47,276 nt of DNA from Toensbergia leucococca. Its lineage: Eukaryota. Position numbers and translations under genes: made by a program. Under the pieces are notes generated by a model. The model saw only the letters and a program-made list of their open reading frames with translations, searched no databases and was not told where the DNA came from. The DNA lies in contig JALDZS010000071.1 in the NCBI GenBank assembly GCA_022813965.1, forward strand, positions 62,001-109,276, given 5' to 3'. Below are positions 1 to 11,421 of the stretch, piece by piece. How positions within the stretch are numbered: the first letter of the stretch is position 1; each line of letters starts with the position of its first letter.

Positions 1-31
1 TGACTTTTCTGGATTGAGCTTAGCGTAAAAT

Positions 32-37
32 ACGCGT
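32..37. promoter_or_regulatory. MluI cell-cycle box (ACGCGT) upstream of MSH3
   Basis: Exact ACGCGT about 140 bp upstream of the MSH3 ATG, with a CACGTG at 65-70. MCB elements are typical of fungal DNA replication and repair promoters. Function is inferred only. Confidence 0.4.
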
Positions 38-172
38 AATGTGCTCGTCAAACTTTTTATTTTACACGTGAGTTCAAATTCTGTCGATATTCTCCAAGCC
101 AGACGTCAAATCTGGTGGGTTGCGAACAGAATGTCATGTGTTTAAATCTCAACCCGGCCCACTAACGTCACA

Positions 173-3100
173 ATGGTTTCTCAGCGTTCTTCGCAGCAGA
201 ATTCCAATGCGGCAGCTAAAAAACAACAATCTATTTCATGCTTTTTTACGAAGAAACCTGTCCCAGCAAGTACTGCACCAGCTTTGATATCGGTTGCATT
301 AGATGCCTCGAAATCGCCCTCACCTGTTGCAAAAGCACATTCTGCAAATGAGAGCCTTTTCATTGGGTCGGACGAAGATGGAGATCTTTCGCAATTTACA
401 GTGGGAACCCCAAGAACGCCAAAGCGGCCGATCGGTAACGAGGAAGCGCAAGACCCCCTCAACAATAGCAATTATGATGGCCATGTACTGCCAAATCGTA
501 AGCGGCTCCGAAGATCAGATACACAACCAGAGACATCATCGCTTCTACCAAGAGATCGTAGCGTTGACGAGAAACCTGAACCCATTAGTTCTAAGTTGAG
601 TCCCATATCTGTCAATAGTGGCAAGAAGCCCAAAATCGCTGGCCGAACCTCAAAATACCTGTTTTCCACTTCGCCTATACAGGATGAAGAGAACGCCGAG
701 GTTGACGAGGAAGGGCAGAGGAAAAAGGCCCGTCTGCACGAGAGATTCATCAAGAAGCTTGGTCGACCAGATAGCATTGCCGAGATAAAAAGACGTAATT
801 GGCAAATTACCGAAGAGACCGAGGAGAACCAACTCGGGGCCGAGGATGATGAGGATCTTGAAGAGGAAGCCACTGCTAAGTCAGCTACTAAGGGCAAGAA
901 GGGTGTTGCAGCTAAGAAGGCAGGTCACAAGCTAACACCTATGGAAAAACAAGTGTTGGAGATCAAAAAAAAGCATGTAGATACCATACTCGTTGTGGAA
1001 GTTGGCTATAAATTTAGATTCTTTGGTGAAGATGCGAGAATTGCTGCTAAAGAGCTGGGCATTGTATGTATTCCCGGAAAATTCAGATATGATGAGCATT
1101 TCTCGGAAGCTCATCTGGACCGGTTCGCATCAGCAAGCATACCGGTTCACCGGCTACATGTACATGTCAAACGACTTGTGAGCGCAGGACACAAAGTGGG
1201 TATCGTCCGTCAATTGGAGACAGCAGCACTTAAAGCTGCTGGCGACAACCGCAACGCTCCGTTTGTGAGGAAACTTACAAACCTCTATACCAAAGGAACT
1301 TATATCGACGACGTGGAAGGCCTCGAAGGTCCGCTTGCTGGACCTAGTGGCGGTGCTCCAGCTACAGGCTATCTACTTTGCATCACTGAGACCAATGCAA
1401 AGGGATGGGGAACCGACGAGAAGGTGCATGTTGGTATTGTTGCTGTACAGCCCGCAACTGGGGATGTGATATATGATGATTTCGAGGATGGTTTCATGAG
1501 GAGCGAGATCGAAACGAGGCTACTCCATATCACGCCATGCGAGATCTTAATCGTTGGGAACTTATCGAAGGCAACAGAAAAGCTGGTCCAGCACCTTTCT
1601 GGGAGTAAATCCAATGCATTTGGTGACAAAGTACGGGTAGAAAGGGTCGGACGCTCGAAGACAATGGCTGCCGAAGCTTACAGCCACGTCTCGAATTTCT
1701 ACGCTGGTAAGATGAAAGCAGCGAGTTCAGAGCAGGACGAGAAAGCAAGTAAACTTCTAGAAGAGGTACTTAAGCTAGCAGAGGATGTTACCGTATGTCT
1801 TTCTGCAATGATCACACACATGTCCGATTATGGGCTTGAACATGTTTTCGACCTCACCAAATATTTCCAATCCTTTAGCGCTAGATCGCACATGACGCTC
1901 AATGGCACCAGCCTGACAAGCTTAGAGATATATCAGAACCAAACAGATCATTTGGAAAAAGGGAGTCTTTTCTGGACGCTGAATAGGACACAGACACGCT
2001 TCGGTCAGCGATTGCTGCGCAAGTGGGTAGGGAGGCCACTACTGAGTAGAGTCAAGCTTGAGGAGCGTGTCGCTGCTGTGGAAGAATTGAATAACGGCGA
2101 GCGGACGATTAAAGTGGACAAGATTAAACATCTCCTCTCTCTAATCAAAAGCGATCTCGAAAAGAGCTTGATCCGCATCTACTATGGCAAGGTGAGCTGC
2201 TTATTCAAATGAGCGTCTGATTCCTCTAATCGCCTTGCAGTGCACCCGTCCTGAGCTTTTGACTGTATTGCAAACCATGCAACGCATAGCAACTGAATTT
2301 GCGAGCGTTCAGTCGCCGGCGAATGTTGGGTTCGAGTCTACGATCATCAATGAAGCCATCGCTGCGTTACCGTCAATTGCTGAAAGTATTGTGGCTTACC
2401 TCGAGAGGATCAATCCTAAAGCTGCAAAGGACGATGACAAATACGCATTCTTCCGAGATGATGCTGAGACCGAAGAAGTCACCGAGCAGAAAATGGGTAT
2501 CACCAGTGTCGAGCACGATCTGGACGAACATCGAGCAGTAGCGGCAGCAAAGATAAAAAAGAAAAAGGTGGACTACGTTACTGTCGCTGGTATCGAGTAT
2601 CTGATAGAGGTCGAGAATTCGCAAATTAAAAACATCCCAGCTTCCTGGGCCAAAATTAGTGGCACGAAGAAAGTATCGCGCTTTCATACACCGGAGGTTG
2701 TTCTCTTGATCCGCCAACGAGATCAATATAAAGAAGCTTTGGCTGCTGCTTGTGATGCCGCGTTCAGTGCATTACTTTCGGAAATCTCCGCAAATTATCA
2801 ATCCTTCCGAGATTGTGTGCAAGCTCTAGCCACGCTTGATTGCTTGCTTTCTCTTGCAACCGTTGCTAGCCAACCAGGCTATGTCAAGCCCGAGTACACC
2901 GACTCGACGTGTATCTCAGTTGCTAGAGGAAGACATCCGATGGTAGAGCAGTTACTTCTCGACGCCTACGTCCCTAATGACATAGATCTTGCTTCTGACC
3001 GTACCAGAGCACTGCTTATTACTGGCCCTAACATGGGTGGAAAGTCCAGCTATGTGCGGCAGGTGGCTCTCATCGCCATCATGGGCCAAATTGGCTCGTA

Positions 3101-3806
3101 TGTGCCTGCTGAATCAGCAACTCTGGGAATGCTCGACTCTGTTTTCACGAGGATGGGGGCCTTTGACAATATGATGGCTGGGGAGTCCACTTTCATGGTA
3201 GAACTATCAGAGACATCAGATATTATGAAGCAAGCAACACCGAGATCATTAATCATTCTGGATGAACTCGGGCGAGGAACTTCGACCCATGATGGCGTCG
3301 CTATTGCGCAAGCCGTGCTAGACTACGTAGTGAGAGACATGAAGAGCCTTGTGTTGTTTATAACGCATTATCAGAACCTGAGTGTCATGGCGAAGAGCTT
3401 CGAGCACGATGAATTGAAGAATGTGCATATGCAATTCCGGGAGGGGGGCGACAATGGACAGGACGTTACATTCCTTTATGAGGTCGGGGAAGGGGTGGCT
3501 CACCGATCATACGGGTATGCTGACGACCATTTTCTTCATCGAAGAGCCCACTGATAAGCTGCAGATTGAATGTTGCGCGTTTGGCAAACGTTCCGTCATC
3601 GGTTCTAGAGAAGGCGGCGGTAAAGTCGAATGAATTGGAAGAGGAGGCAAGTAGGAGGAAACTTGGCAATTTGTAAGTGGGCAGAATATGGAGGGCATTC
3701 CACCTGACTAATGTCGATTCGAAGATGCTATACACTCCAACGCACATTCAGCCAGGCGGATGTAGATGATCTAGATCAAGTTGTCAACGCCATCGAGCAA
3801 CTATAA
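173..3806 (+). CDS. MSH3: DNA mismatch repair protein Msh3 (MutS family); exons 173-2191, 2241-3514, 3565-3672, 3725-3806
   Basis: N-terminal PIP-box-like QQSISCFF, Msh3-type mismatch-binding motif [14 protein letters not shown], Walker [18 protein letters not shown] and SYGLNVARLA. Three GT-AG introns with branch sites restore the frame. Confidence 0.96.
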
Positions 3807-4746
3807 CAGCCGTTTTTCTGGCTTGCCAGTTCAGGATTTTGCTTGACACAGCCCTAGTGCTCTTAGTCGCTATCTTGACTTGACAATGAGAAAAGCTACA
3901 ACGCATTAAAATGTCACAAGCGCCATATTTGACGGAAGATGTGAAGCCGGTACGTAACATATCTACTACCCCAATGCAATAATTTTTGTACATTCTTTTT
4001 CTTCCAGGATGAAAATCTATGTCAGAAATCAAAATCACTGAGTGCTTGCATTCGCAAGCCCATGAAATATTCTCAATTAGACTCTGATACAATCCATCGA
4101 CAACAGAACTCCTGATGGCCCCTCTATTCCAAATCCCAGCTGACCATAGCATGCACTAGTAATCTTCCTCTTCCGCCTAGCGAAGATTCCTAATATGGAG
4201 TCTTCAACTGTGTAAGTTTACGAGACTTTCAACTTTCTGCCTTTGGTGTTGGCAAGGATGACCTAACGACCAATGTTATTCTTGCCCTGCAGGATTCCAT
4301 GTACTAAAAATGCTAGAAATTCAAATTGACGCTGAGCCCTTACCAAAATTATGCCTCGTTTGATTTGGAATAGGATATCACCTTGGGCATCCCCAGCTAA
4401 TACTCTCTATCACCAGAGTTTGACCGAGTGAGTCTGCGAATTTTCGATTTTTAGCCTAGATGACCGAATGTTACACATCTAGTGTTATATTCTTACTACA
4501 AGATATTATGCGATAAGACCTCAACACGAAGCCATTGTCGTCGTTCTTACCTCACCTCGTTGTAAATCAATACATTTTCGTGCATCCTACGCTCGAGCCT
4601 AATCCCCACATATCCAAGATCCTAATCACCCGTCCACCACCCAACACCAAACCCCAACATTACCGCCAATCCCACCACATCATCAACATCCAAAATGTAA
4701 GTCTCTCCCCTCCAACCCCACCCAAAAACACCCACACAAACATCCC

Positions 4747-4838
4747 TGATGACTCCAAAAAATATGTTTTAATCTTCAAAGCGGGACGCCTCACGGCCCC
4801 ACTAATGCGATCAAAAAACCAGTCAAATAATTGTCTGA
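4747..4838 (+). ncRNA. Candidate intronic box C/D snoRNA in a non-coding host transcript
   Basis: TGATGA (4747-4752) and CTGA (4835-4838) lie inside a GTAAGT(4697)...CAG(4875) intron-like segment. There is an internal GC hairpin and an 11-nt stretch TATGTTTTAAT complementary to a conserved LSU rRNA sequence. The flanks have no convincing protein. Confidence 0.5.
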
Positions 4839-5104
4839 GACCAACACTTTTTTCCCCTCGTTGTTTCTGCATCAGCTATATTTGTGAGGTTGAAGCTGAT
4901 TTCTATGGCGTGGAGGCTGTAGTCACCGGATTGAGGGTGCGTCAAAAGGGTCGTTGGAGTATGTGTGTTGGTTGTCTGTAGAGATTGTGAGGTGAACACT
5001 GGTAAAGAAGAATTAGATCATTGAATCAATAGAGGACTGACGGAAGACCAAAAATACAAAACTGAAAATGAATAAATTCCTTTCAACTTCAAACTTTCTG
5101 ATTT

Positions 5105-5673
5105 TTACATCTGAACTCATCAGTTGCAACATTCAGTGTCTAGCCTAAGGTAAGATATCTTGAAGAACATTTCAACACTATAAGTGTATACATCACATTA
5201 GATTTTGTATGATTCTGTATACAATGAAATGTGTAGGACAACAAAGTGTCTACAAATCTTGCAATGATAAGATGTATACATTCTTATCTGAGTGACTTTG
5301 ATTTTGATTTTAACTGACAGTCTTGAGTGAGTAATCTCTCTACTAAGGCTGTTAGATTAGTCAGTGCTCAGACACAATCTTGAGCTTAAAAAGAGATATC
5401 ATTTAACAACTTGCATGATTTGCATGAGTCACATTCACACACTCAACCTTTTTAATTCATTCACAAATCTATTCTTTCTGTTTCATAACACATGCATTTA
5501 ACAGCTCTAAGCAATCATACCTACAAAATCCTCATGAATTTAACAATTTAGTTCTGAACTCAATTTCATCACCTCATCTCATAATCATCTTTGCTTAACT
5601 TACCTACCTCCTCACCTGCTCAACTCACCTGCAAGGTCATGACTCAAGAGAAAAGAGATGAGTTACATCAGAA
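5105..5673. mobile_element. Degenerate AT-rich, CpG-free repeat relic (possible non-autonomous DNA element)
   Basis: No CG dinucleotide between about 5043 and 5688. Bounded by inverted AACTCATC (5114-5121) / GATGAGTT (5657-5664) and near-direct TTACATC(T/A)GAA (5105-5115, 5663-5673). Confidence 0.45.
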
Positions 5674-5773
5674 AGAAAAGAAAAAAAACGAAAAGACTAT
5701 AGTAAGATGAGATGAAGTATCCGTCACAATGCAACTTTTCCGAGCAAACAGAAAGAAATTCTGCTATTTGATC

Positions 5774-5800
<27 letters not shown>
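5774..5800. repeat. Poly(A) homopolymer, 27 nt
   Basis: Directly visible A run downstream of the Zn2Cys6 gene. Confidence 0.95.
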
Positions 5801-5805
<5 letters not shown>

Positions 5806-6229
5806 TTTGCAATTTTTCAAGAAGTGATATTGTGTTTTTTTCCATTGTTGCAGCAGAGAAAAAAACCTGACTGATACCCCTATCCATCTCAGTTTGCGCC
5901 CCGCCCCCGCCCCCCTCATTAGATAAAGTCATTCCTAGATACAAACGACCCATTTCCTTCCAATATCAATTTTGATGAGCAACATGAAATTTTTTTTACT
6001 AGCAAAAGCGGGGTATCCCAACAGCCCAAAAAAAAGCCCACAATCGTAGCTCATTGCAAAAAAGGGGCACAACCCTCAAATAAAGAAAAAGTGGTCGTGG
6101 AAAAATTAGTAGACTAGCAAACCCAGCCACGCCAGCGAAAGCATTTGTGCTAAAGATCTCAACCCGGAAGCAGTAGGTAAGGAAGCGGAAAGAGAAGGAG
6201 TAAAAACACCATGCCCAAGTACGAGCACC

Positions 6230-9124
6230 CTACCCAAAAAACTCCCCCGTGACAAGCGTTTCCCATGGCCTTCCCGTCTCCCACACCTTCTCCATCAGTC
6301 GCCGTGCCTTGTGTACCTGCCACATTTCCCGATCAGTCAAAATTCACAACGAGATAGAAAGACCAAACTTTTGTAAAACAAGGAAAAAGAGAAATGAAAA
6401 ATAAACGTACTTGAGTCATGCCCGAGCCCTCGACACTCCTCAACCGCTCCATAATCAATTCGCGCTGCCCCAAATCCTGAGCGTCGCACCCGGCCGTGAA
6501 CATGGGAAACAGCAAACACGCCTCGGCCGTACCCCCCTTGCGTACCTTGTACAGTGCGCCGACAATCTCGCGCACCGCGTTCTGCACCTCGGGATCGCGC
6601 GAGGACTTGCCCAGGACGCGGCGGTCGAGGTGAACGAGCCCAGCCCAATGGAAGGCTTCGTTTGTAGCCACCATTTCGAGCGAATCCCAGCCGTCTTCGA
6701 TTTCATTATCCGCGTGCCGGTGCGGGCATCCCGTGTATTTGTGCGTGCGGGCTTCCTGGAGGTCGGCCTTGAGTTTTTCGGCCGCGAGCGTCATTTGGAG
6801 GGTCGGGGTCCAGAGGGGGTGGGTGCGGCCGTTTGAGTCGATACGTTCGCCATCACATTGGCGGGCTAGCTCGGCAATTTTGGCAAGGATGCTGACGCAA
6901 CGGCTGGTGAAGCCGAGGAGGCAATCGATTTGGAATTCATTTTCGGGATCGTCAAGGTCGTTGTCTGTGGCCCAATAGTTGCCACTAAAGAGGGGCTGGT
7001 CGTTTTTACTGCCGCTGAGGGAGCCTAGGACATCGAGATAGGCAAACCAGCGGCTGAGGAAGTAGGAAACTTTGTCTTTGCGGTGGACGGATTGGGCTCC
7101 GCCTCGGGCGAGGATCATGCGTCTAGCCACGTTGAGGTGGTTTTGCCAGGGAACGGGGACTTCGAAGGTGTTGGGGGAAATGATTTCGAGGGAGGCGAGC
7201 ATAATTGCAGTTGCGAGGTTGGAATTGGAGATTTGGGAGGTGGAGTCGCTGAGGGCGTGGCGGAGGGTCGGAAAGACGTCCCGGACCCAGATGGCGATTC
7301 GATTGGCCGGTTCAGTATGCTTCAGCAGACGTGCTCGGTGGCTTGCAGAATATGCCAGGAGGAGATGTAAGAGGTTGATGTCTCGGACCGCCACTGACAA
7401 CTGTCAATACAGATCAACGATATGATGATAATTGAAGCCTACTTTGGGGTAATATGCTCTTGAAGGGATTTTCTGAGCAATCATGAGGGACTAATATTCT
7501 TGCAGTGTGGTTTAGAAAATGATGAAAGTAAAGTAAATTCATTGGATTTTGTTTTAAAGTGTCAGGTAATGGTTCCAAAGACGTCGAGATTGTGACCGGT
7601 ACTGCTTTTGCGTAGTATCCCCCTTGGCTGTGGGCAGTGTTCGTTCCATATAACCCAAATCCAAATTCGGCAGGAGCGTAGGGGTCATCAAAGGCACTGT
7701 TTTCTGTTGAATCATAAAGATCATTGATATCTAAAGATGGCGACAATCCCTTGAGAGCATTCGAATCAGAATTGTTGGGCAGATCCAAGTCCGGCAGACC
7801 ACGATCAATACCATAATACACGGTTTGAGTACCGACGTCTGAAGCTAGTTGAGTAGATATTCGACCAAAGTTCGTCCTGAAAGAATCAGTAGATGAATCG
7901 TCTCTATCTAGAGGTCCAGCGAGCAACGAGTTGACAGACAGGCGACCCGTCTCAGGTGAATCTTGCGATTCCGATGGAGACATTTTCGCAGAGTGGAATT
8001 GATTGTCGTCTGAATTGGCCAACGAGGCTGTTGGTGTGAGGGGTACACCGATTGTTCCATTAGCTGGACTATACGAGCGGAACCTCATCGCTTGTGGTGA
8101 TAGTCGTGATTTGGAAACAGCCCCTGCAGCATGATTGTCATAAGTACTGATTTTCCTTTGCGACGCATGCCTGAAGTCAGATGAGGGACTCAATCGCATT
8201 CTCTTAGATCTATGATCTGCCGCAGGGGGGAAATCTTGCTGGCCCCTCGCTGTAAACCCTGGTTGTTCATACTGCGCTGAATTGAGATATGGGGGTGGCA
8301 TTCGAGTAAGCAAAGTCGATTGATCAGGTCCTCCGTAACTCATGTTCGGTACATTTGGTAACTTTGGACTGCTCATACTAGAATCGGCGGGAGATGGATA
8401 TGTTTGTTCCCGAAACCTTGAAAGCTGTGCAGCAGATACCTGGTCTCTCACGCCTTGACCGTTACTACTGGGAATGCGCATAGAATTCATGTCTTGACCT
8501 AGAGGTGATGGTATATCCTTCAAGATGCTATATCGGGCATTTCCTGACCCCACAAGCAAAGGGTCTATCAACGATGATTCAGAGTATGGTGAATTCAAGG
8601 GGTCCATTCGAACTCTCTCAACGGGCAACGTCGTATTTTCAGTCTGAAGCTCAGTACTTGAGAAAGCAATCGGTGATCGAGCAGCAAAGGCATGGTAGTG
8701 CAAGTATCCCTTGTCGGGTTCGGAGGAAGAGCTGGTCTTCTGGGAATCTAGTTTGATTGGTGTTGCCTCGGAAAAGGGCCCGTGGCTCGTATTTCCGGTC
8801 GCTATTCCATCAAATGTGAAAGCTCCCAAGGTACCTGTCTCTTGGTTTGTGCTCGCACTTGGTGACTCTGGAGTACTAGTGCGAGCTTTTCGCTTGGTTC
8901 GACCTTCCCAGTTTAATCGTATGCTGTAGTCACAGCTTTCCCCTTGGCGCTCGCAGTTGGAGCAATTCGGCTTCTCCTCCCCACATTTGACCTTTCTAGT
9001 CTTACAAGGCCTAGTAAGATCAGCTTCGGTAGGGTAGGGTTTCGGAAAATGTAAGGGTATACCAGCATCCATTCCTACTCCGCGTCTTTGGTTCCGGACC
9101 GCCAGGCTTCTTTGGTCTAGGCAT
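6230..9124 (-). CDS. Zn(II)2Cys6 transcription factor with C-terminal fungal-specific TF domain (Fungal_trans_2-like); exons 9124-9063, 9010-7443, 7393-6411, 6316-6230
   Basis: Spliced N-terminus MPRPKKPGGPEPKTRSRNGCWPCKTRKVKCGEEKPNCSNCERQGESC. C-terminal region has YFHHFLNHTARILVPH, WFAYLDVLGSL and LLFPMFTAGCDA. Introns are canonical. Confidence 0.92.
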
Positions 9125-9777
9125 TCTAGAAATGGTACATGAAAGGTGGAAGAATCAAAGGCTTTGCGCGGCCTAGTCGCAACAGAGTACATGGGAAGGC
9201 GTGGAGTGGAGGTTGTGGATCTCGATCCTCCGCTAGAGGCTTATCTGCCTGTCTCATCGGATATCTGCATCGACCGCATATGATTGGGCAGATGCAACAG
9301 GCACGCAGTCTGTGCCATGATCAAGGTCTGGTAGAATGGAAGAGGAACAAAATAGTATAGTAGTCGCGGTGGGGAGGAGGCATCCTTTAGGTGCATTTAA
9401 TGAAAAAGAAATCAATGGATAAAGCTAACGATGTGGGGTATTTACACCAATCAACAGAATCACTGCAGTAGCGGGGCTACGACCAAGCCAGAGGTCGGTC
9501 TTCCATCTTTGATTGATTGGTGGACACACTGTGCTTCCAAGACGCCGCTGTAAATGTGTATCGAGGCAGAGTGAAATGCCATAACTGTGAGAGGGAGGTA
9601 GGATATTTCAGCCCTATGGAACTGGCGCTAGGACTCGGATGTACGCAAAAGCCCTGACTAGTGACGAGGGAGCGAGGAACGGCGATGATCTCAGCTTATG
9701 TTCTCCTTTACCATCCACAATATATTTCATCCTATGAAAGCCAATCTCACATCCTCCCTTTTAAGCTGTAATTCACC

Positions 9778-10775
9778 ATGGAGACAAGACGGCACCCTCT
9801 CCAGCGACTGAACTCGCCATCCCTTAGCATTTCCGCATTCATCCATGTACTTGAATCCCCTCACAATTCCCCATTCCTTCGTCTCTCCTCTAATCCCCAC
9901 CTCGCAGTTCATCGGCCTATCCAGCTTCGCCGCCTCATTTAGATAGTATGTCCCCATACCGACCCTATCCATCAACCTCTAACTCGTCTGACCCCTCCAG
10001 TCTCATCGACAACCCAAATTTAATGCAAGAAGCTCCCTTAAGATCCCCCCCTTTCGAAACCCCTTCTGATCCCCCCTCAGCAACGACTCCTATGGCTGGC
10101 ACTTTCAATACCTCACCATCATCGGTCTCACCCTCGCAACAACCACCTTCGCCTTCGGCTCCCTCGCAGATATCACCCTCTCACCCCTTTTATTCCAGAT
10201 AAAGAACACCCTCTCCGTATGTAGTGCTCCGCTAGAGATACTGATAAGTATCCTCTACTGGAGCCTCCGATTGGTACGCTTTCAATCGAAGCATTACCTC
10301 CGCAGCTAGCTGAACATCAAAACCAACAGATCGACAAAAACCTCGTACTACCAGACTGGATGGAACTCGACCCTTTAGCCGGTACGCACCCCATCCCCTC
10401 CCAACAACCCCCCTCCTGACACCTCCTCCAGACATTGGATTCCACGCCGCCCCCGCCGTCCTCCTAGCCCTCGACCTCCTCCTCCTCTCCCCGCCTTGGA
10501 CCATCCGGCCCCTCCCCGCCCTAACCCTCAGCACAGCCCTAGCCTTCACCTACTGGGTCTGGGTCGAACACTGCTTCAACCACAACGGCTGGTACCCGTA
10601 TCCGCTTTTCGACCAGCTCTCTCAGCCGTGGCGCGCGGTGCTGTTTTCGTGTAGCGCGCTATTAATGACGGGGAGTACGGTGGCGTTGCAGTGGGTGTAT
10701 GCGCGGTTGAATGGGTATGGGATTGGGAGTGGAGTTCGGATGGTAAAGGGTGGCAAGGCGAGCGAGGCAAGATGA
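9778..10775 (+). CDS. FAR-17a/AIG1-like integral membrane protein; exons 9778-9846, 9908-9945, 10001-10024, 10081-10273, 10330-10381, 10432-10775
   Basis: Spliced product METRRHPLQRLNSPS...YGWHFQYLTIIGL...SAPLEILISILYW...DIGFHAAP...HNGWYPYPLF carries the family motifs FQYLT and YPYP. Five short introns, one with a GC donor. Not visible in the ORF track. Confidence 0.88.
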
Positions 10776-11421
10776 GACTGGGCCGAAAGAAACATTTTAG
10801 AAGTAGCTATGGATCAAGTGGGTACATTGCGGCCTCTTTGAGGTGGTTTAGAGATTTGTGAACCGTAATTTCTCTGCATTGGCCACAAGTCGTTTGGACA
10901 TTTGGCATTATATTCTCCCTTGTAGATATGACTATTGGGAAGGGAATGTTAGGTAAGAGTACTTTTTCGAAAAAGGGGAGAGCAAGTACGTCCACCCAGT
11001 ATAGACCTCTGTCGTTTCAATTTGCTCATAACCCTCACTACAAAATTCAAAATATCAAAAAAAATGTCAAATCACACTCACAGCACAATCCTTCATAACA
11101 CAGACTACCTATTCACAAAGACAAAACGCCCTCACAAACAAAAAAGGACAAAAACACCTCTAGAGCAGCAATCCCTCACAAAAACAAAAAAAACCTCCGC
11201 CTCAAATTCCCACGAGACAAAAGAAAATCAGCAAAACCTTTTCCTTATTCCCAGATACAACCATGATTCTCCCATATCCCCACCACCCAATCCTCCCCCA
11301 TTGCTCCGTCCTGAAATAAAAGACCCCCTTCTAAACCAAAGTAGACCTCCCCCAAACCAAAAGAAGGAACCGCCATATCAATATCATACACACTATCCCT
11401 ACAAACGAGCTTTTTCCACTT

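Noticed and set aside
4535..4981. 148-aa ORF on the + strand
   Set aside because: Non-ATG start and low-complexity C/A-rich translation that reads through an apparent intron. Better explained as a non-coding host transcript.
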